DNA of 64,000 bases from positions 17,918,001 to 17,982,000 of the forward strand of contig OZ249439.1 in NCBI GenBank assembly GCA_965235115.1, in the 5' to 3' direction. Position numbers and translations under genes: made by a program. Every line of letters begins with the position of its first letter. The first letter of the stretch is position 1. The stretch comes from Laetmonice hystrix. Taxonomy: Eukaryota. The notes beneath the pieces were generated by a model. It did not search any database and was not told the origin of the DNA. It worked only from the letters and a program-made list of their open reading frames with translations. Positions 1 through 14,000 of the stretch are shown here, piece after piece.

Positions 1-3000
1 CGTCAAACCAAAGATATTGTGGTCAATCCAAATCAGGCGGTGATAAGTTCAAATTACGATCATGCTCATCCGTAGCTATTTCTAAAACAAATCATGCATT
101 AGTATAACAATGGTGTGAGGGCAACTTTGTGCAGGACCGTATTTTTGGCCTTCAGTCAACTTCCTTCTAGAGGTGAATCCTTCTAGATGAGGGTCAGCAA
201 CAAGCATCGAAATACAACGGTTCTCTCCACCTGTGACAATACCGGTATCTGCAAAATTTAAACACCGGCCACATCAATGGTTGTCACCGATTATTTCATC
301 TCTGCCACCCTTTTCATCTCTTGTCTGAGTTTAGTTTGGTTCGAGATTAAATCATCCCTGCTTGTATGCGTCTCATTCTTTATAACTAACTTTTTTACTC
401 TGGTTACCCAGTAAATCAATGCAGCGCGACCGACATGACTTCTCATTAAAGAATTCCATGTCACGGTGGTTTGAATTGGGAGAGGTTTGGTCGAATGTTT
501 CCCACCACTGCTGCCCTGTCGTTCGAATGGTGTCTGATGGCGCGACTGACGTCCTTGCTTCAACTGATGTACGGGATGAAGGTAGCAGGCGCCAGTCGAG
601 CCATCATGCACCAGTCGAGCCATGATCAGGCACAAGCCGAGCCATCAGGCCCAACCACCGGTCTGTTGGTCAATCAAAGTCACGCCTTGACTCTTTAAGT
701 ACCCTCAAACATGTCAGGAAGGCGCCGTTCCTGTCACACGGCCGTTTCAAAGGCGCCAGTAACATTTGGAACACGGAAGGCTGGAGCAAGGAATTCTTTG
801 ATTGAGCTGGACACAAGCCCTGATCCTGCGCTGGCGACGACTACTGGAATACCGCTTCAAAGGGTAACCAGTCACCCACGTTACCGTCCATTCTACCTTT
901 TGATGGAAAGGCGAAAGTAAGGGAGGTTTTTCCTCTTGCAGATGGAATGAACTGGGGTAATTCATCCAAGCTTATTACCGTTGGCATTGTTGGTGTTTAA
1001 CATCAACGACAGTCCCCACTTACACCTGGTAAATTCCGGTAATTTCTTGTCAGTTTTCAATGAATGAACTATGTTTTAGTTCCTATCCGATTTTTTTTCT
1101 GTCAATTATCCAGAAAGAACTCCAGCTAGTGGCAATGCCGCACAACACAAATATATGCCTAAAGATGTCTCCTGGATGGTGGAAAGGAACTTCAACCTCA
1201 ATTCCAAACAGTCCGAGTTTCACAGCCTTTACACAATGTCGCAAATCTCCCTGCCCATTTTCAGACATAAATCTAGCTTCTGACCTTTGTTTCAACAGTG
1301 CAATGTCATGAGGCTGGCTTGGAGTGAAGTGAATCTACAATGTCGGGGTAACGTGATGTGTTATAAGTTATACTTTAATTAATCTGTTATAGACATGTCA
1401 CAATGGTGACATGGGCACCGTCTCATTTTCTCGCCTGTCGGCCCTCCTCACTGCCCCTACTCACTGGTCTTACTGCACTGGGCTGATGGTGGACACAGAC
1501 CTGCGCACCGAGCTTAGGAAACGTATCGACAGGTGGGGTTGTATGAACAGACTTGGTGTCAACGCGGGGTGATCAGTACGCGGATCCTACCTGAAACCAA
1601 CCAGTCTCTACCTGTTTCTGAGTATCGCGTCTTTACAACTGAAAACCGCTCTTGTTTTAACATTATTTCGTCCTATAGGCAAAGATCAATACCAAGTTGT
1701 GTCCGTGTCTTTCCATCTATAGACATCAATACTAAGCCGGATGGTGAGAGCCAATGGTGGTTGTTTACAATGGTTGAGCCACTGTCACTGCCTTGCTATG
1801 TATGTGGGGGCGGTAGGAACAGTACCGCTGCTTCAAATATCGCCAGCTTACTTCATCTTACTGCTTAGTGCACACAGGGTTTTCCCCACGGTTTACATAT
1901 GCATATTTTGTAGATCTGGTAATCCTGTAAAGTGGGGTTATAAATTAGAACAACACCCGACTCAAGCACTGCCCGGATCTAAGACTCTGTACTGACCACA
2001 ACCAGCCACCATTAGTGTTTCTGCTGCGGTAACCTTTCCAACCTTTGGTTTAGTCATGTATTTATATCTGTCCCCGAGACCCGCACATAACCTTCGATAG
2101 GAGGTTGCCGTTCACACTATGGCCCCATTGTGCGACATCACAAAAGTGATTGGAAGTGGTTGCCAAGTCTTGACCACTACTCTCCCCGCACCATAATCTG
2201 GAACATGTCTGCTGTAATACAGTGAGACCCAGTGTATGTGATCCACTTCTGGTAAACATTGTATTACTCCAGCATACATTAGCCCTACCCGAGCCATAGT
2301 TCTACTGTTGCATGCTCAATCCCAATGGGTACGCTATCATTTGTCCATGTCCTTTCAATGACATGCCATTGTCATGTTAGTAATTAGGGATCCCCTGTTC
2401 CGCGTCACTAGTGATTCACTTCCAACTCTCCGTTCAAACCTATGTGCTCCCATCTGGAGCAGTGGGGCCGTATTAACGACGGCTGGCACGCTCTGTTAGT
2501 CACTAGCATGATCAACCCAGTTTTTACTTTATATTACCCACCAGGGCACAGCACAGGACTCCACAGTTACCACCACCATGCCATCGACTGTGTCTATTTC
2601 ATTAGTCAAGTCCTCTTCCTTTTTTTCGTGCCAAGTAAACACATCAGTACTTTCTGTACATACATGTCTATAGGATTTGCAGGATGGTCAACATAAAGTG
2701 ACACTTGGTATCACGTTTCTGTTATTAACGACACCTTCTTTAGTAAATACCACCAGACAGAGACTGTGTATTAATCACTGGGTATCATGACTGACGGAAG
2801 CAGTGCCGTATTTACCAAAACCATCCCCCAGGTGTTAGGAAATGTCTGCTGGCCCGGACACGGTCTGATCACGGTTACCAATAACTCCCGCCACATGGTG
2901 AGGTTAATCTTTCCATGTCCCTGGCATCACTGGCCAGTGTTTGCATTCTCACACGCCCCAATGTAATTGTTGGTCTCAGTTTCATAACGCAGTCCTAACT

Positions 3001-6000
3001 CCACATGAGAATTTATGTTATAGCGGCACTCTCCATCTCGAAAGGAGATCAAACAGGAATGATGTGTACAGACCGTTGGTCACATCTGGTAAAGACCATC
3101 TAGTTTTTACTATGCCCTCAATCAATATAACGCTGGTCAAAGTCGACAATGAAAAAACTCTGAAAGGTCATGAAAAACATCCTGGCCAACACACAGAACC
3201 AAACTAAATATATTTCAACAATATTTTACACTTTTGGTGCTAAGCAATAAAAACACCAACGCGATTAATTATTTATTCTACTTGCCTCAGCAGTCTGTTA
3301 CATAAACATACGTTTCTGTTTCATGTAAACGGAAAGTGTGGCACATTAAGATGTGACATGAGCATGTGTAGGAATCACGCTTCATGACCCTCATTTACAC
3401 AATGCCCCCACACCATATGAATAAACAAGGTGGCATGTTTGACATTCTGGCCATGAAACATGTAACACATTACATGATGTGTGTCAGGGTTATAGCTAGG
3501 TTGGTGTTCGTTTAGCGGGCCGTGCCATGGGTCAATCTCATAAAATTACACTGTCACTTGTTCGGCAAGCACCACTTACTTTAACAGGATTTTGTCACCA
3601 GATTTTAATAGTTGTACAACCAGCTGGTTGACGACCACCTGGGACATCACTTAACTGGTTCCTCATTACGGTAGTTATAGCACCATCGCCATACAAAACA
3701 ATTATGCATAACCTTACCACACCTCACCATGTATTTTCACAATACATTTTCAAAACAGCTAAAATACGACATTCCTCATTTAAATCAATACATACAAATC
3801 ATATCTAGTGTTCAATTGTTTCATCTACGAAATAAAGCATGAATGTGCGTCACACTGAAGAAAGATTTTACCGCCTTTTAGCGCACCAATAAATTAGATT
3901 TTACCCCCAGCTGCCGTAAAGTTAACGGTCAGGCCTTTCAGCTAAAACACTCTGCACACACAAAGCACTCGGCCCCCATGGACGTGACACATTTGTAATA
4001 TCCCCAGCCTGCCCCGTAACCTCGTGATGAAACCTTAACACTCATGTCGGGTTCCAATACTAGGATTATTGTCGGGTTCACCGGGTCACGACTGTCTGGG
4101 GATTTCTCTTTCTCCCTCTCTCTCTCTTGATCTGGAGCGTTCTGGAGCTTTCTGAGTATGCGTCCCTTCTCGTGGCCTCCCCTATTTATATTGTTTTAAA
4201 TATCTTTGATATTTACCCTCCTTCTCCTAAGTCTAGTTGTACCTGTTCACCAGGTACAACTAGACTTAGGAACATGAGGTTACTGTATCTATTCATCACT
4301 CATAGTTGATACCCAGGACTGACCCATTGACCGGTCCCCGTCATGTGATTAGTGACCGGTAAATGTAGAAAAGCTACTCCACCACTCGCAGAAAGACATG
4401 ATGGACTGAGAATGAATCCATTGTCTCTGCCACACGCTAATCAACATTTCATGACACTGCACGATGAAAGAGGTCCTCTTTATGACATCACACTGCCTTC
4501 CCCTCAACTACCACTGCCGTTGGCGCATCACGCGATTCACTGTTCAAGCTATTTATCAACTTTTTCCTCCCACACCGCCCTTTTAATCATTCATGCTGCC
4601 CTGTAGATCGGCCATTTAGTACTGGTTGGTCCAACAACCTCTAAGTTAGAACGTGACTCGTAGATTTACTTTTAAACACTGGTCACGTTATACCTGGCTT
4701 TAATACTTCGTGACCATGCTACAGGTCTCGCAACTCGAGTTATCAGATATTGGTTGGGACTGAAACAAGTTAGCGGAAGTTATCAAATATCCCCAGTGTC
4801 CATAACTATATCGTTACTATAGTGGTATTCTCTTACACTGGGGTGCCAACCCGGAAACTTTCCAATCAGAAATATTACCAATCATGCAACACATATTTAA
4901 CATCACTTGTTTCAGCCTGTTTATTTATGGTAAGTAATAGATTGAAAAATAGCGACCGCACTACGTTCCATTCGGGATAATTATCTCTACACCAGATGTA
5001 TTTACATTTAGAGCAATGCCTTATTAAAATGTTACTTGTATTGCTCATTCTGATCCAGGTTGGTTATCTCTCGGTTGGTACTGTTTTAATGAACCTGATC
5101 GGAAACCATCTCCTACCGAGTAGTGACACGCCCATACCAGGTGTGCCATCCACGTCACAGCGAGGCTTTCAAACTACAATTCTACCACTCATATCCCTAC
5201 CAAATGCTGATCAATGGTCAGAGAAAATATTCGGTTGAAAAATTCGCTTTGGTTTTCGTGATCGGTCTGCAGAGGGTGTAGTTGGTCGCCATGAGACAGG
5301 TGCTGCCTTCGGGAGGGGATACTTATACCGGGAGCATGGACAGGTGTGGGCCATGGGACGGCGGGACTATGTAGACACTGGTAACAACAGGTGAAGTGGT
5401 GCCGTCGGCGTACAGGCTGAGGTTCGCTGGTGTCCGTGCTGGCCTGACTCTCTGAATCAGTGCCACACCACAACTACCTCATTCTGCTGATCATGACGAC
5501 GACAACCACAGAAACTTCCCCCACCTCCAGGACCACCACACTGGGGTCGTGTCGGTGTCAGGGCGCCCTGAGATCACCACCACCACCACCCTCCCCTCCC
5601 GTGTGACTGCCAGGACGGGTCACGTCAGTCTGCCGTGCGGACCCAGGCCTTGTGCCAAGACGACGATCAGACCTACCGGCTCACTCTACATCTCTGGTTC
5701 TGATCATCAGCCCGCCAAAACCTTGGCCACCGATCTGGTGGCAAAATGGAGGAAAGTAGAGCTGCTACCAGCCAACTCCCAATCAACTCTAGCACGGGAA
5801 TTGTCCTGGTACTATAGGGGATGGAAATTAGCACTCGATACGGTGGTTCGGGGGGAGGGCACCATTAAAACTACCGGTGCCTGAAAAAATGTAATGTGGT
5901 CAAAATGTGACCAAACTGATGCTAATGGAGACAGAGCCCTTCCATCTACCCTGAATGAAAACACACACACACACCTCACATCTAAATCGATGCCTTCCCA

Positions 6001-6672
6001 AACTATGATCATCAATGACATGTGGACAAAGAAAACTTAATTCATAATCGTTCACGACGGACAACAGATCTAAATTTGCATCTTGGGCTTGGCATTTAAT
6101 GGCCTTGATTAGGGCTTTTCTATTTTCATGTTTTTTAATGTTGTTCAATACAATCTGTAAATGTCACATGAATGGGATTTTAGACAATGACTTTTATTTT
6201 AAATGTTATAATGTCATAGAATATTACCACACCAGAAGTGATTGGTCAGTTCTGAAGCAAGGCTTTTTGTCCATTCTCTATTTTGGTCTAACCTGAACCT
6301 TCGGTCAACTTGTGAAAGTAAACCACACAAGAATAGGCATTGCTAAATCCAGTCCACACTCTTCTATCAGGGCCATCTTCTTACTATTTAAACTTTGAGA
6401 TTTCTTTCATGTTACTCTCTATTATTTTGAAACAATTCACACATGATATGTTCTTCATCATGACTGCATGACGACGGGAGATGGCCGGCCCTTACATTGC
6501 TTCCATGGCGTGACCCTCCCGACTGCCGACTGCCGTGACTGTAATAATACATCATCACTATGTTAGTAAATACAGTCGACAGGGCTGGAAGGCTGCCAGT
6601 ACGTGCACCATCCTGAGGGTGTTCACCGCTCATACTATTACCTCTGGCTGTATGAATATCTCTGGCTATAGG

Positions 6673-7618
6673 GAGACTGACACCTCGGGCCGGATTGTGA
6701 CAGAGACCTCGGACTGTATGGAGACTGAGACCTCGGGCCAGATTGAGACAGAGACCTCGGACTATATGGAGACTGACACCTCGGGCCGGATTGAGACAGA
6801 GACATCAGACTGTATGGAGACTGACACCTCGGGCCGGATTGTGACAGAGACCTCGGACTATATGGAGACTGAGACCTCGTGCCAGATTGAGACAGAGACA
6901 TCAGACTGTATGGAGACTGACACCTCGGGCCGGATTGTGACAGAGACCTCGGGACTGTATGAAGACTGAGACCTCGGGCCAGATTGAGACAGAGACCTCG
7001 GACTGTATGGAGACTGACACCTCGAGCTGTGAAGAGACTGAAACCTCAGGTTGTATGGCAGAGACATCAGACTGTATGGAGACTGAAAACTCAAGTTGTA
7101 TGGACAGAGACATCTCCGGCTGGATTGAGAGAGAGACCTCAGACTTTATGGAGACTGAGACCCCAGGTTGTATGGACAGAGACCTGAGACTGTATGGAGA
7201 CTGAAACCTCAGGTTGTATGTACAGAGACCTCGGACAGTATGGAGACTGAGATCTCAGGTTGTATGGACAGAGAGCTCAGATTGTATTGAGACTGAGACC
7301 CCAGGTTGTATGGACAGAGACCTCAAGACTGTATGGAGACTGACACCTCGGGCCAGATTGTGCCAGAGACCTCAGACTCTATGGAGACTGAGACCTCGAG
7401 CTGTGCAGAGACTGAAACCTGAGGTTGTATGGTCAAAGACCTCAGACTGTATGGAGACTGAGACCCCAAGTTGTATGGACAGAGACCTCAGACTGTATGG
7501 AGACTGAGACCCCAAGTTGTATGGACAGAGTCCTCAGACTGTATGGAGACTGAGACCCCAAGTTGTATGGACAGAGTCCTCAGATTGTATGGACAGAGTA
7601 CTCAGATTGTATGGAGAC
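6673..7618. repeat. Composite minisatellite with 48-bp then 46-bp higher-order units
   Basis: Units start at 6673, 6721, 6769, 6817, 6865 and 6913 (period 48), pass through a degenerate middle, then start at 7454, 7500 and 7546 (period 46). All contain a 22-bp core acagagacctcRgactgtatgg. The array explains the ETETS.. and SLSQS.. pseudo-ORFs. Confidence 0.97.
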
Positions 7619-7859
7619 AGACGTTTCTAAGCTTCCACTGTTCAGAGTACTCAGTCTAACCATTTCCCCTTGCTGGGTCTTCCACAGCTCAGTACCCAAT
7701 CATACCAATTTACCCTATCACTCTCCATCCTCCATGGTTTATATACAACACACCACAGGTAATGGTCATAAAACAATCTTCCCACTCCAAAAACGTGTCT
7801 GACCTCAAATATTATAAACGTTACAAAAATGTGCAAAAATATATTGAAAAAGGGTTTAC

Positions 7860-8063
7860 CTGCATCGATGTACAGCCCGACAATGGTTCGTACATTATCG
7901 GCTCCTAAATCCAGGGTCCACCAAGGGGCCTTTTCCTCGTGGGTTTGCATACATGTGGAGGCATCGCCATCGATGGACGAGCTAGCATTATCCCATGCAC
8001 TTATTGAAGACACAAGTGTCTTCGTATTCTCCTGGGCTACATCACGGGCATTTTCTGTTTGTA
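7860..8063 (-). CDS. Exon encoding the N-terminal half of an F-type lectin (fucolectin / F5-8 type C-like) domain
   Basis: (x)QTENARDVAQENTKTLVSSISAWDNASSSIDGDASTCMQTHEEKAPWWTLDLGADNVRTIVGLYIDA(G) matches the xVA-x-SS...A-IDG...C-x-x-T...PWW-x-DLG pattern. Acceptor tttacag|, donor CAG|gtaaac, 204 bp, phase 1-1. The second half of the domain was not located. Confidence 0.75.
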
Positions 8064-11000
8064 CTGTAAATATAGGAAGAAAACATAAAGATTAACACCA
8101 GTTTCTTAATTCACGAATTCAATTGATGAGATATACCTGCTATCTTTTCCGAAAGGCTGAACTCTGGACATCTATATTTTTGTAATTCATGTTAATGTAT
8201 ATTGTACTCTGTATTGCACACATGAATTTGATAAATTGACAATATTAGCAGATAGACCAAGTAGACAGACACAGTTTGATATAAATCAGGCTTAATCAGC
8301 AGATAATTTTAAGAGTGAGGTGATGGCACGGATTGTGACCATTGGAACCCTCCGTCATTCATGATTCACCATGTCAACAGCTCCTTGTGCCACCTCCAGT
8401 CTGACCACGGACTAACCTTTTCACCTCATGACCTTCACCTTATAATCTAAAGTACACATCGGCGGAACCCATAACAGATCCAGAGTTACTCTGTTACAGA
8501 GGCAGGTTAAACTGATCAATGAAAGATCTCTGAATGCGATTTTTTAATCACATATAAATGTCAGTCAATATCCTACTAGCAGGTATCCTATTCCTAGCGG
8601 AGCTTGAGATTCAACGACCCTTTTCTACAATCACACCATGTACGATATCCTCCCATTAGAAGGTGTGTCCCCAGTCCCAAATTGTACCGATACATCCTGT
8701 CCCGGTCACAAACTGTATCAATACCTCCTCTTGTCCCGTTCTCTGAGCCCACCGACTAGATACCCTCTAAGCTGTGGTCCCTTGCTCCGTGTGTGACTCA
8801 CATAGGCCGGGATAGCTGCCATCAGTTCTGCCTTACCACCTGCCAACAGCTACCGTCGTGTGGTCCCCTTCCATAAGCTGTAATCACCACTACAATTACA
8901 TTCACAATCCGACAAACTTACAGTTCGCTTTGATCACAACATCTGTTTACACATTCTGTGACACTAATAAATGATGGATCTATACCTCTTCAGATAGCCT
9001 ATGCTCTCCAATAAATATTCAAAGTATCTCTGTGCCAGTACAACGTGATAGTAGACGATTTAATCTGTCAGACCTCTAGTTGTACTTTCCCGCTACATCT
9101 GAACTCCTGTGTCACCAAACAAGATCCATGCCTCAACATGTATAAACTGATGTCATCCAGCTTTATCGATAAAAGTCCTGACTTCGCGAGATAAGAATAA
9201 CATCCATGATAACCCCATTCTTTAGATTTTAAAAAAGGATTTGTCTGCGAGTGTACATGATTCGTGCGAAATTATTTCTTGTGTACATTTTGTAAATGAT
9301 TCGTGACCAGAGTCCTTTGTATGGATGCCATGACTTTGTATCTTAAACCTTCTTGGCAGGACTTGACGGACGAGACACAAAAAAGTGTTCTAAATTAAGC
9401 AGAACCTACTGGACGAAAAGAAGAATAAATAACGTAGTAAGTGCCGTTCTATGCCCAGCTTGCGGTGTTGCCAAACCGGACAGGCAGTACATGAAATTGT
9501 TCTATTTCGGACCACAAATTTAAGTAAATCTGGCACACACAATCAACAAATTAATACTTAATGTTTCCTTGTACGAAGTCTCTGGGTCCCTTCCAAACTA
9601 GCCATATACACAAAACCGAACAAGTGCTGTAAGAATCCACTCTTGGCTAGTACAAGGCCCCTTTTTTCTAACCTTTTTTTTTTATCTTTGATCAAAGCTT
9701 AAGCTAAATTGATCCACCCGTATAGCTTAAAATAGCATCTTCTTCATATATGAAAGCCTAATTATTGAAGCTACTTATGATTTTAAAATAATCTTGGCAA
9801 ACGGAAATCAAATTTAAAAGATGAAACATGTGCAGTTCTACGAAGGCGGACGATTTTTGTCAGTTTCTAGTCTGAATAATTAACCGGAGAAGTCTAAATT
9901 ATTTACAGATTATATTTTGGAAAAACTCCACAAATCTTTCTAATGTAAGACAAATATTTAGAAGAGAATATCTCTGACGCATTAAGAACGCGAATGAAAC
10001 CAAATACATTGTCCATGTGTGTAATATTGAAGGGTGACACCTGATAAAACAATATGGTCTGCTGCCACATATACCTGCCAAAATCAACATGATCAACCTT
10101 TAACTCAGACGTCAGAGTCTACCAACTAGCACACCCGGAATGTCGGCCTGAGACGCTTGCTGCTTGGAGCAGAAACCAGCCACTGGCCTTGGACCAAGGA
10201 GTTTTGTTTTATGAGGGCCGTGATTGCCGACGTTGGCCAGTTGCCAAGCCTGGCACGACGGGGGCAGGAAGTGAGAGCCTCAGGTCGTCTCCAGTTGTCT
10301 GTCCTGACAACACCTCTCAATCCTTACACTGCAATGTTCTACCCACTTCTCACTTGTTATTTACCGCTTCTTTCTGGCGAGTATCGATCATTAATTGTTT
10401 CACATCTTGGTCTATGACAGGCCTGTCCTGCCTCTAGCCAGCAGACAATGGGGTGTACATGCACTACCCTAAGTAAGATCGGCTCTTGTCGGGGTATAAT
10501 GTTCATGTTGGAAATAAGCGACCTGGCAGTGGAGACAACCTGATACGGTTGGCCACCCACCGCAAGACAAGTCAACACCGACCGACAACGTAACTGTACC
10601 TCACTCGGCTATATCAAAAATTATAATACACTTCGTTAATAGATTTTGCACCATCACATTCTGTCAGTATACTCAAGGCAGCTTCAACTGTCATTCTATT
10701 TTTAAAGTTTTGAGGAAGGTTAAACTATATTGTTATAATTAACGTCCCGCCGTGCTCACCACGCTTGAATTCAAGAACTCGCGCTGTATCAACACTGAAT
10801 TGCTCTCAAATACTTGGTTCCATGCAGGCAGGGGCCGGGGTGCTAACAACTGTAGAAGTTTTGGTTCAAAGTGAAAGTTTTCATTCGTATGATAATGAGT
10901 ACTCTGAAAGGCAACATCTAGATCCAGTATGGTGCAGTTGTTGAGAAGGATGTCATGGCTGACCCGTACATGAGTACGATCATATAATAATCAAGTGAAG

Positions 11001-14000
11001 CATCTTGATCAAATCTGCAGCCTCATCATTCCGTGTGTGTTTGACCGGAACCCTCCTGTGTTAGCTCAAGATGGACTCACTAAACCATAAAAACAGATAA
11101 TTTATAGAGGTCTGTGTGTGCCTGTGGAGAGGTGTTCGAGACTCACACACAGTCTCACCATTAACAAAGAGATACAGCCTTGCTCTGTGACGGTCTTCTT
11201 GGTTAAATTCGTATGAAGCAACCGTGCATCAATCAAACCAACACTGAACGCGACCAGTGATAAGACGATCGCTTCATAGTGACAACAGGCAAAGTGTTGA
11301 ATTTCATTACATTTCTTCATTTCTGTGAGTAAACATTTTTGATTTATGTAGTTTAATGCCTTATCTAACCTAACAGCCCATGTATGCTTTAATAATAGCT
11401 GTTTGAGGCGATACGCAGGGGCGCCAACAAGCCACAATCCCCTGCAGTCTAGACCGTTGCCATGGTAATGCCCTTTGACCTGGGAGGGTTGAAATCCAGG
11501 GGTGACTGGCAAATGGCCCTCCTGAGGAGCCCGCACACGCCCCAATTCTGCCAGGGTCACCTCCTGGCTCATGGAGCAGCAATCGTCCAGGACGAGCCAA
11601 CCCTAGTCGATGATAGAACTCCCAGCACGGGTGGGGGCCGGTTTCTGAATTACGTCCGCCTTGTTCTGTTCGGGTGGAGGGATCAGGCAGGAATTGCCTG
11701 TACTCACCTCCTGACACAACATGTCTATCATTGCGACAACGTTCTGGTACAAGGTGCGCACTGCTGCAGAAAGCTGCTCACAAAGCCTTCCGCTCGCCCC
11801 TCGCGACCACTGACCCGTCCCTCAGTACTAGCACACTGATCACCCGTCCCAAAGTACTGGCACACTCATCTGACATTGCGGCATCTACGTCCTAACAAAG
11901 CGGCAACTCGTCAACGTGCTATACCAGAAACGTAACATATTCACTTCTCTTTTCTTATGAACTTCAGGAAGAATGGAATTATTGACCTTAATTAACCACA
12001 GCCAAACCATCACTACTTCTCTTATAGTATATCCGGACGTTCTAAGTGGCGAATACAACAACATGTAGCTCAACTCTGTGCCCAAACTACTGTCAAAACA
12101 TAAACTGAATATTGTTCACCCTCCACAAAGGAACATAAGGCGTCGTACGACAATACACCATTCTGTAACGTGAAATCTTAAATAAAACAACAACGTAATA
12201 ATTGTGATCAGCACTGAAGCATATTTTAATCATTCCACGTCTATCCCCCTCATCATCAGGATTAACTAGGCTTGTTTAAAGTTGGCCAGCCAATATCCTG
12301 CACCACTGTCTCAGATGTGCCCTACAAATACATTAATCAGGGCTGGTTCTTTAATGGTTGGCGCTGACATAAATGGTTATTTATGACTTCCACTTGAGCC
12401 CCAAGTATTATCCACTCTGTAATCTGCCAGAGGGTCTCCGGGAGAGGACAACGTGGTGGTCAGGGCAGACTTTACCTCCACCACCAACCACGCCCATACC
12501 ACAGAACAGACCTCCACCACCAGCATCCGTCAACATCAGCAACTCTTTTTACTTGGCAAAGTTAGGTAACGTAACCAAAAGTAACACTTGCCAGCCGCTA
12601 TGCTTTCTTACAAAAAAAGTCATACTGAGCAATCCCCCAAAATCCTTTGAGCAATTCGTATGAATGAGGTCCATCAACAGATCACATCTAATATTTCTAA
12701 CATATTTCAAATGTACAACATGTACGATGTCTAAAAGCTATTTGATTGATTGATTTATTTATTTCTGCTTTTAATAAGTTTATTTTAAAAAGGTAAAAAC
12801 ACTTGCATAAACGACGACTCGGACAGTACAAAGAGTTAATTGTTAAAATTAAATATATATCTAATTGTTCACCTTTTGCCAGGATTCTCCCCCTTACTTA
12901 TGTACCCCCATAATAAGCCTACCAGTAGGTGCCTAGATTTACATTATAAGCCTTTTTACAGCAATCCCACCAGCTTCGTCAGAGTGCAAATTCTGGTTAA
13001 TATATGCGGCAGTAAATCCAACTGACACTGTACTGGTTCTTTGTCTTCAGCCGCACGACGAGGAGCAGCCCAGAGAAACATACATCACAACGTGTACACA
13101 CAAATTGACATGAAAAAGATTTCTCCTAGATGCACATTTCCTGAGAGTCAAGCAGAGTTCATCGCAAGGGGATCCATTATCTTTGTTACAATGACGCTGT
13201 TGCTTTTCAACGTTTTCATTTAAATTTCGTATTGTCAACCTAATTCTTTATATTGAAGTTTGTGACAAAAATACATTTGTTTGAACGAAAACTAGCATGT
13301 CAAAGTTTCAATCCCTTGCAGTTTGGTAAGTACTACGATCGTCCGTTCAGGTTTTCTAATACACGTGTTGAAAATTTCATGATGATGAAAATTAATATAA
13401 CGTCTGGTTCCTGCATACCGAGAAGTGAGGCAGCGCATGTTGCCTGCACCCACATCCTACTCCCCGTGCACTACTCGCTCCCAGCTGCAGCATTGATTGT
13501 CAATGCGACCAGGATCCAGGGTAGCGACTGCTTGCAGAGCGCACTGTCACCAAGACTAGCAGGTCATCTAGAGGCTGTCAGGTCAGCTTTACCCTCAGCT
13601 CCACACCGCAGGATCCAATCAGGAAGCAATGTCAGTCCACGCTCTGGCATGATCATATTCATATGCTTCAATGTTGATTTTTTTTTCCATGGTGTTCATT
13701 TCGAGTATGATAGTAGATACAGGGTTGAGCTGGGAGAGGGGATGCATCCCGTGTGTGCAAGCCCTGGCGCCATGCTTACTCGGTCTGACCGGCTGGGTGA
13801 TGCTCACACCGGCACACGACTGCAGCCAGGCATGATTAACGCTCAGCTAGGAGGATGGCTCAGTCTCACTGATGCTTCCCATCTGATTTCTTCCCAATTA
13901 CCTTGAAAATACACTACCTTAGAATTCTCCCCCTGCCATAGTTACCTGAAACTAGATACCATCTTTGGACAAAGCACCCTCACTACACCACTCAACCCCC

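Noticed and set aside
1083-1311. HDIALLK upstream of ORF 1083-1295, resembling the trypsin DIALL motif
   Set aside because: No neighbouring AAHC or GDSGGP motifs, and the following sequence is not protease-like.
2138-2151. Partial matches to conserved miRNAs (miR-153-like here; miR-92-like at ~19054; bantam-like at ~29263)
   Set aside because: Only 9-13 nt matches with no pre-miRNA hairpin.
5900-6160. ..SFLCPHVIDDHSLGRH.. as the possible second half of the lectin domain
   Set aside because: Only loosely similar, and the available acceptor is phase 0 whereas phase 1 is required.
6535-7659. Multiple ORFs (ETETSDCM.., SLSQSGPR.., VSVSIQ..) over the minisatellite
   Set aside because: They are a by-product of the 48-bp period, break at a 1-bp insertion (~6952) and in the 46-bp units, and have no supporting splice sites.
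9050-9222. WGYHGCY.. on the minus strand, resembling the start of a WSC domain
   Set aside because: The remaining WSC cysteine spacing is absent, the acceptor is weak and no compatible donor precedes the stop.
13253-13906. Longest ORF in the track (217 aa, + strand)
   Set aside because: Non-ATG start, no recognisable domain, and composition typical of translated non-coding DNA.
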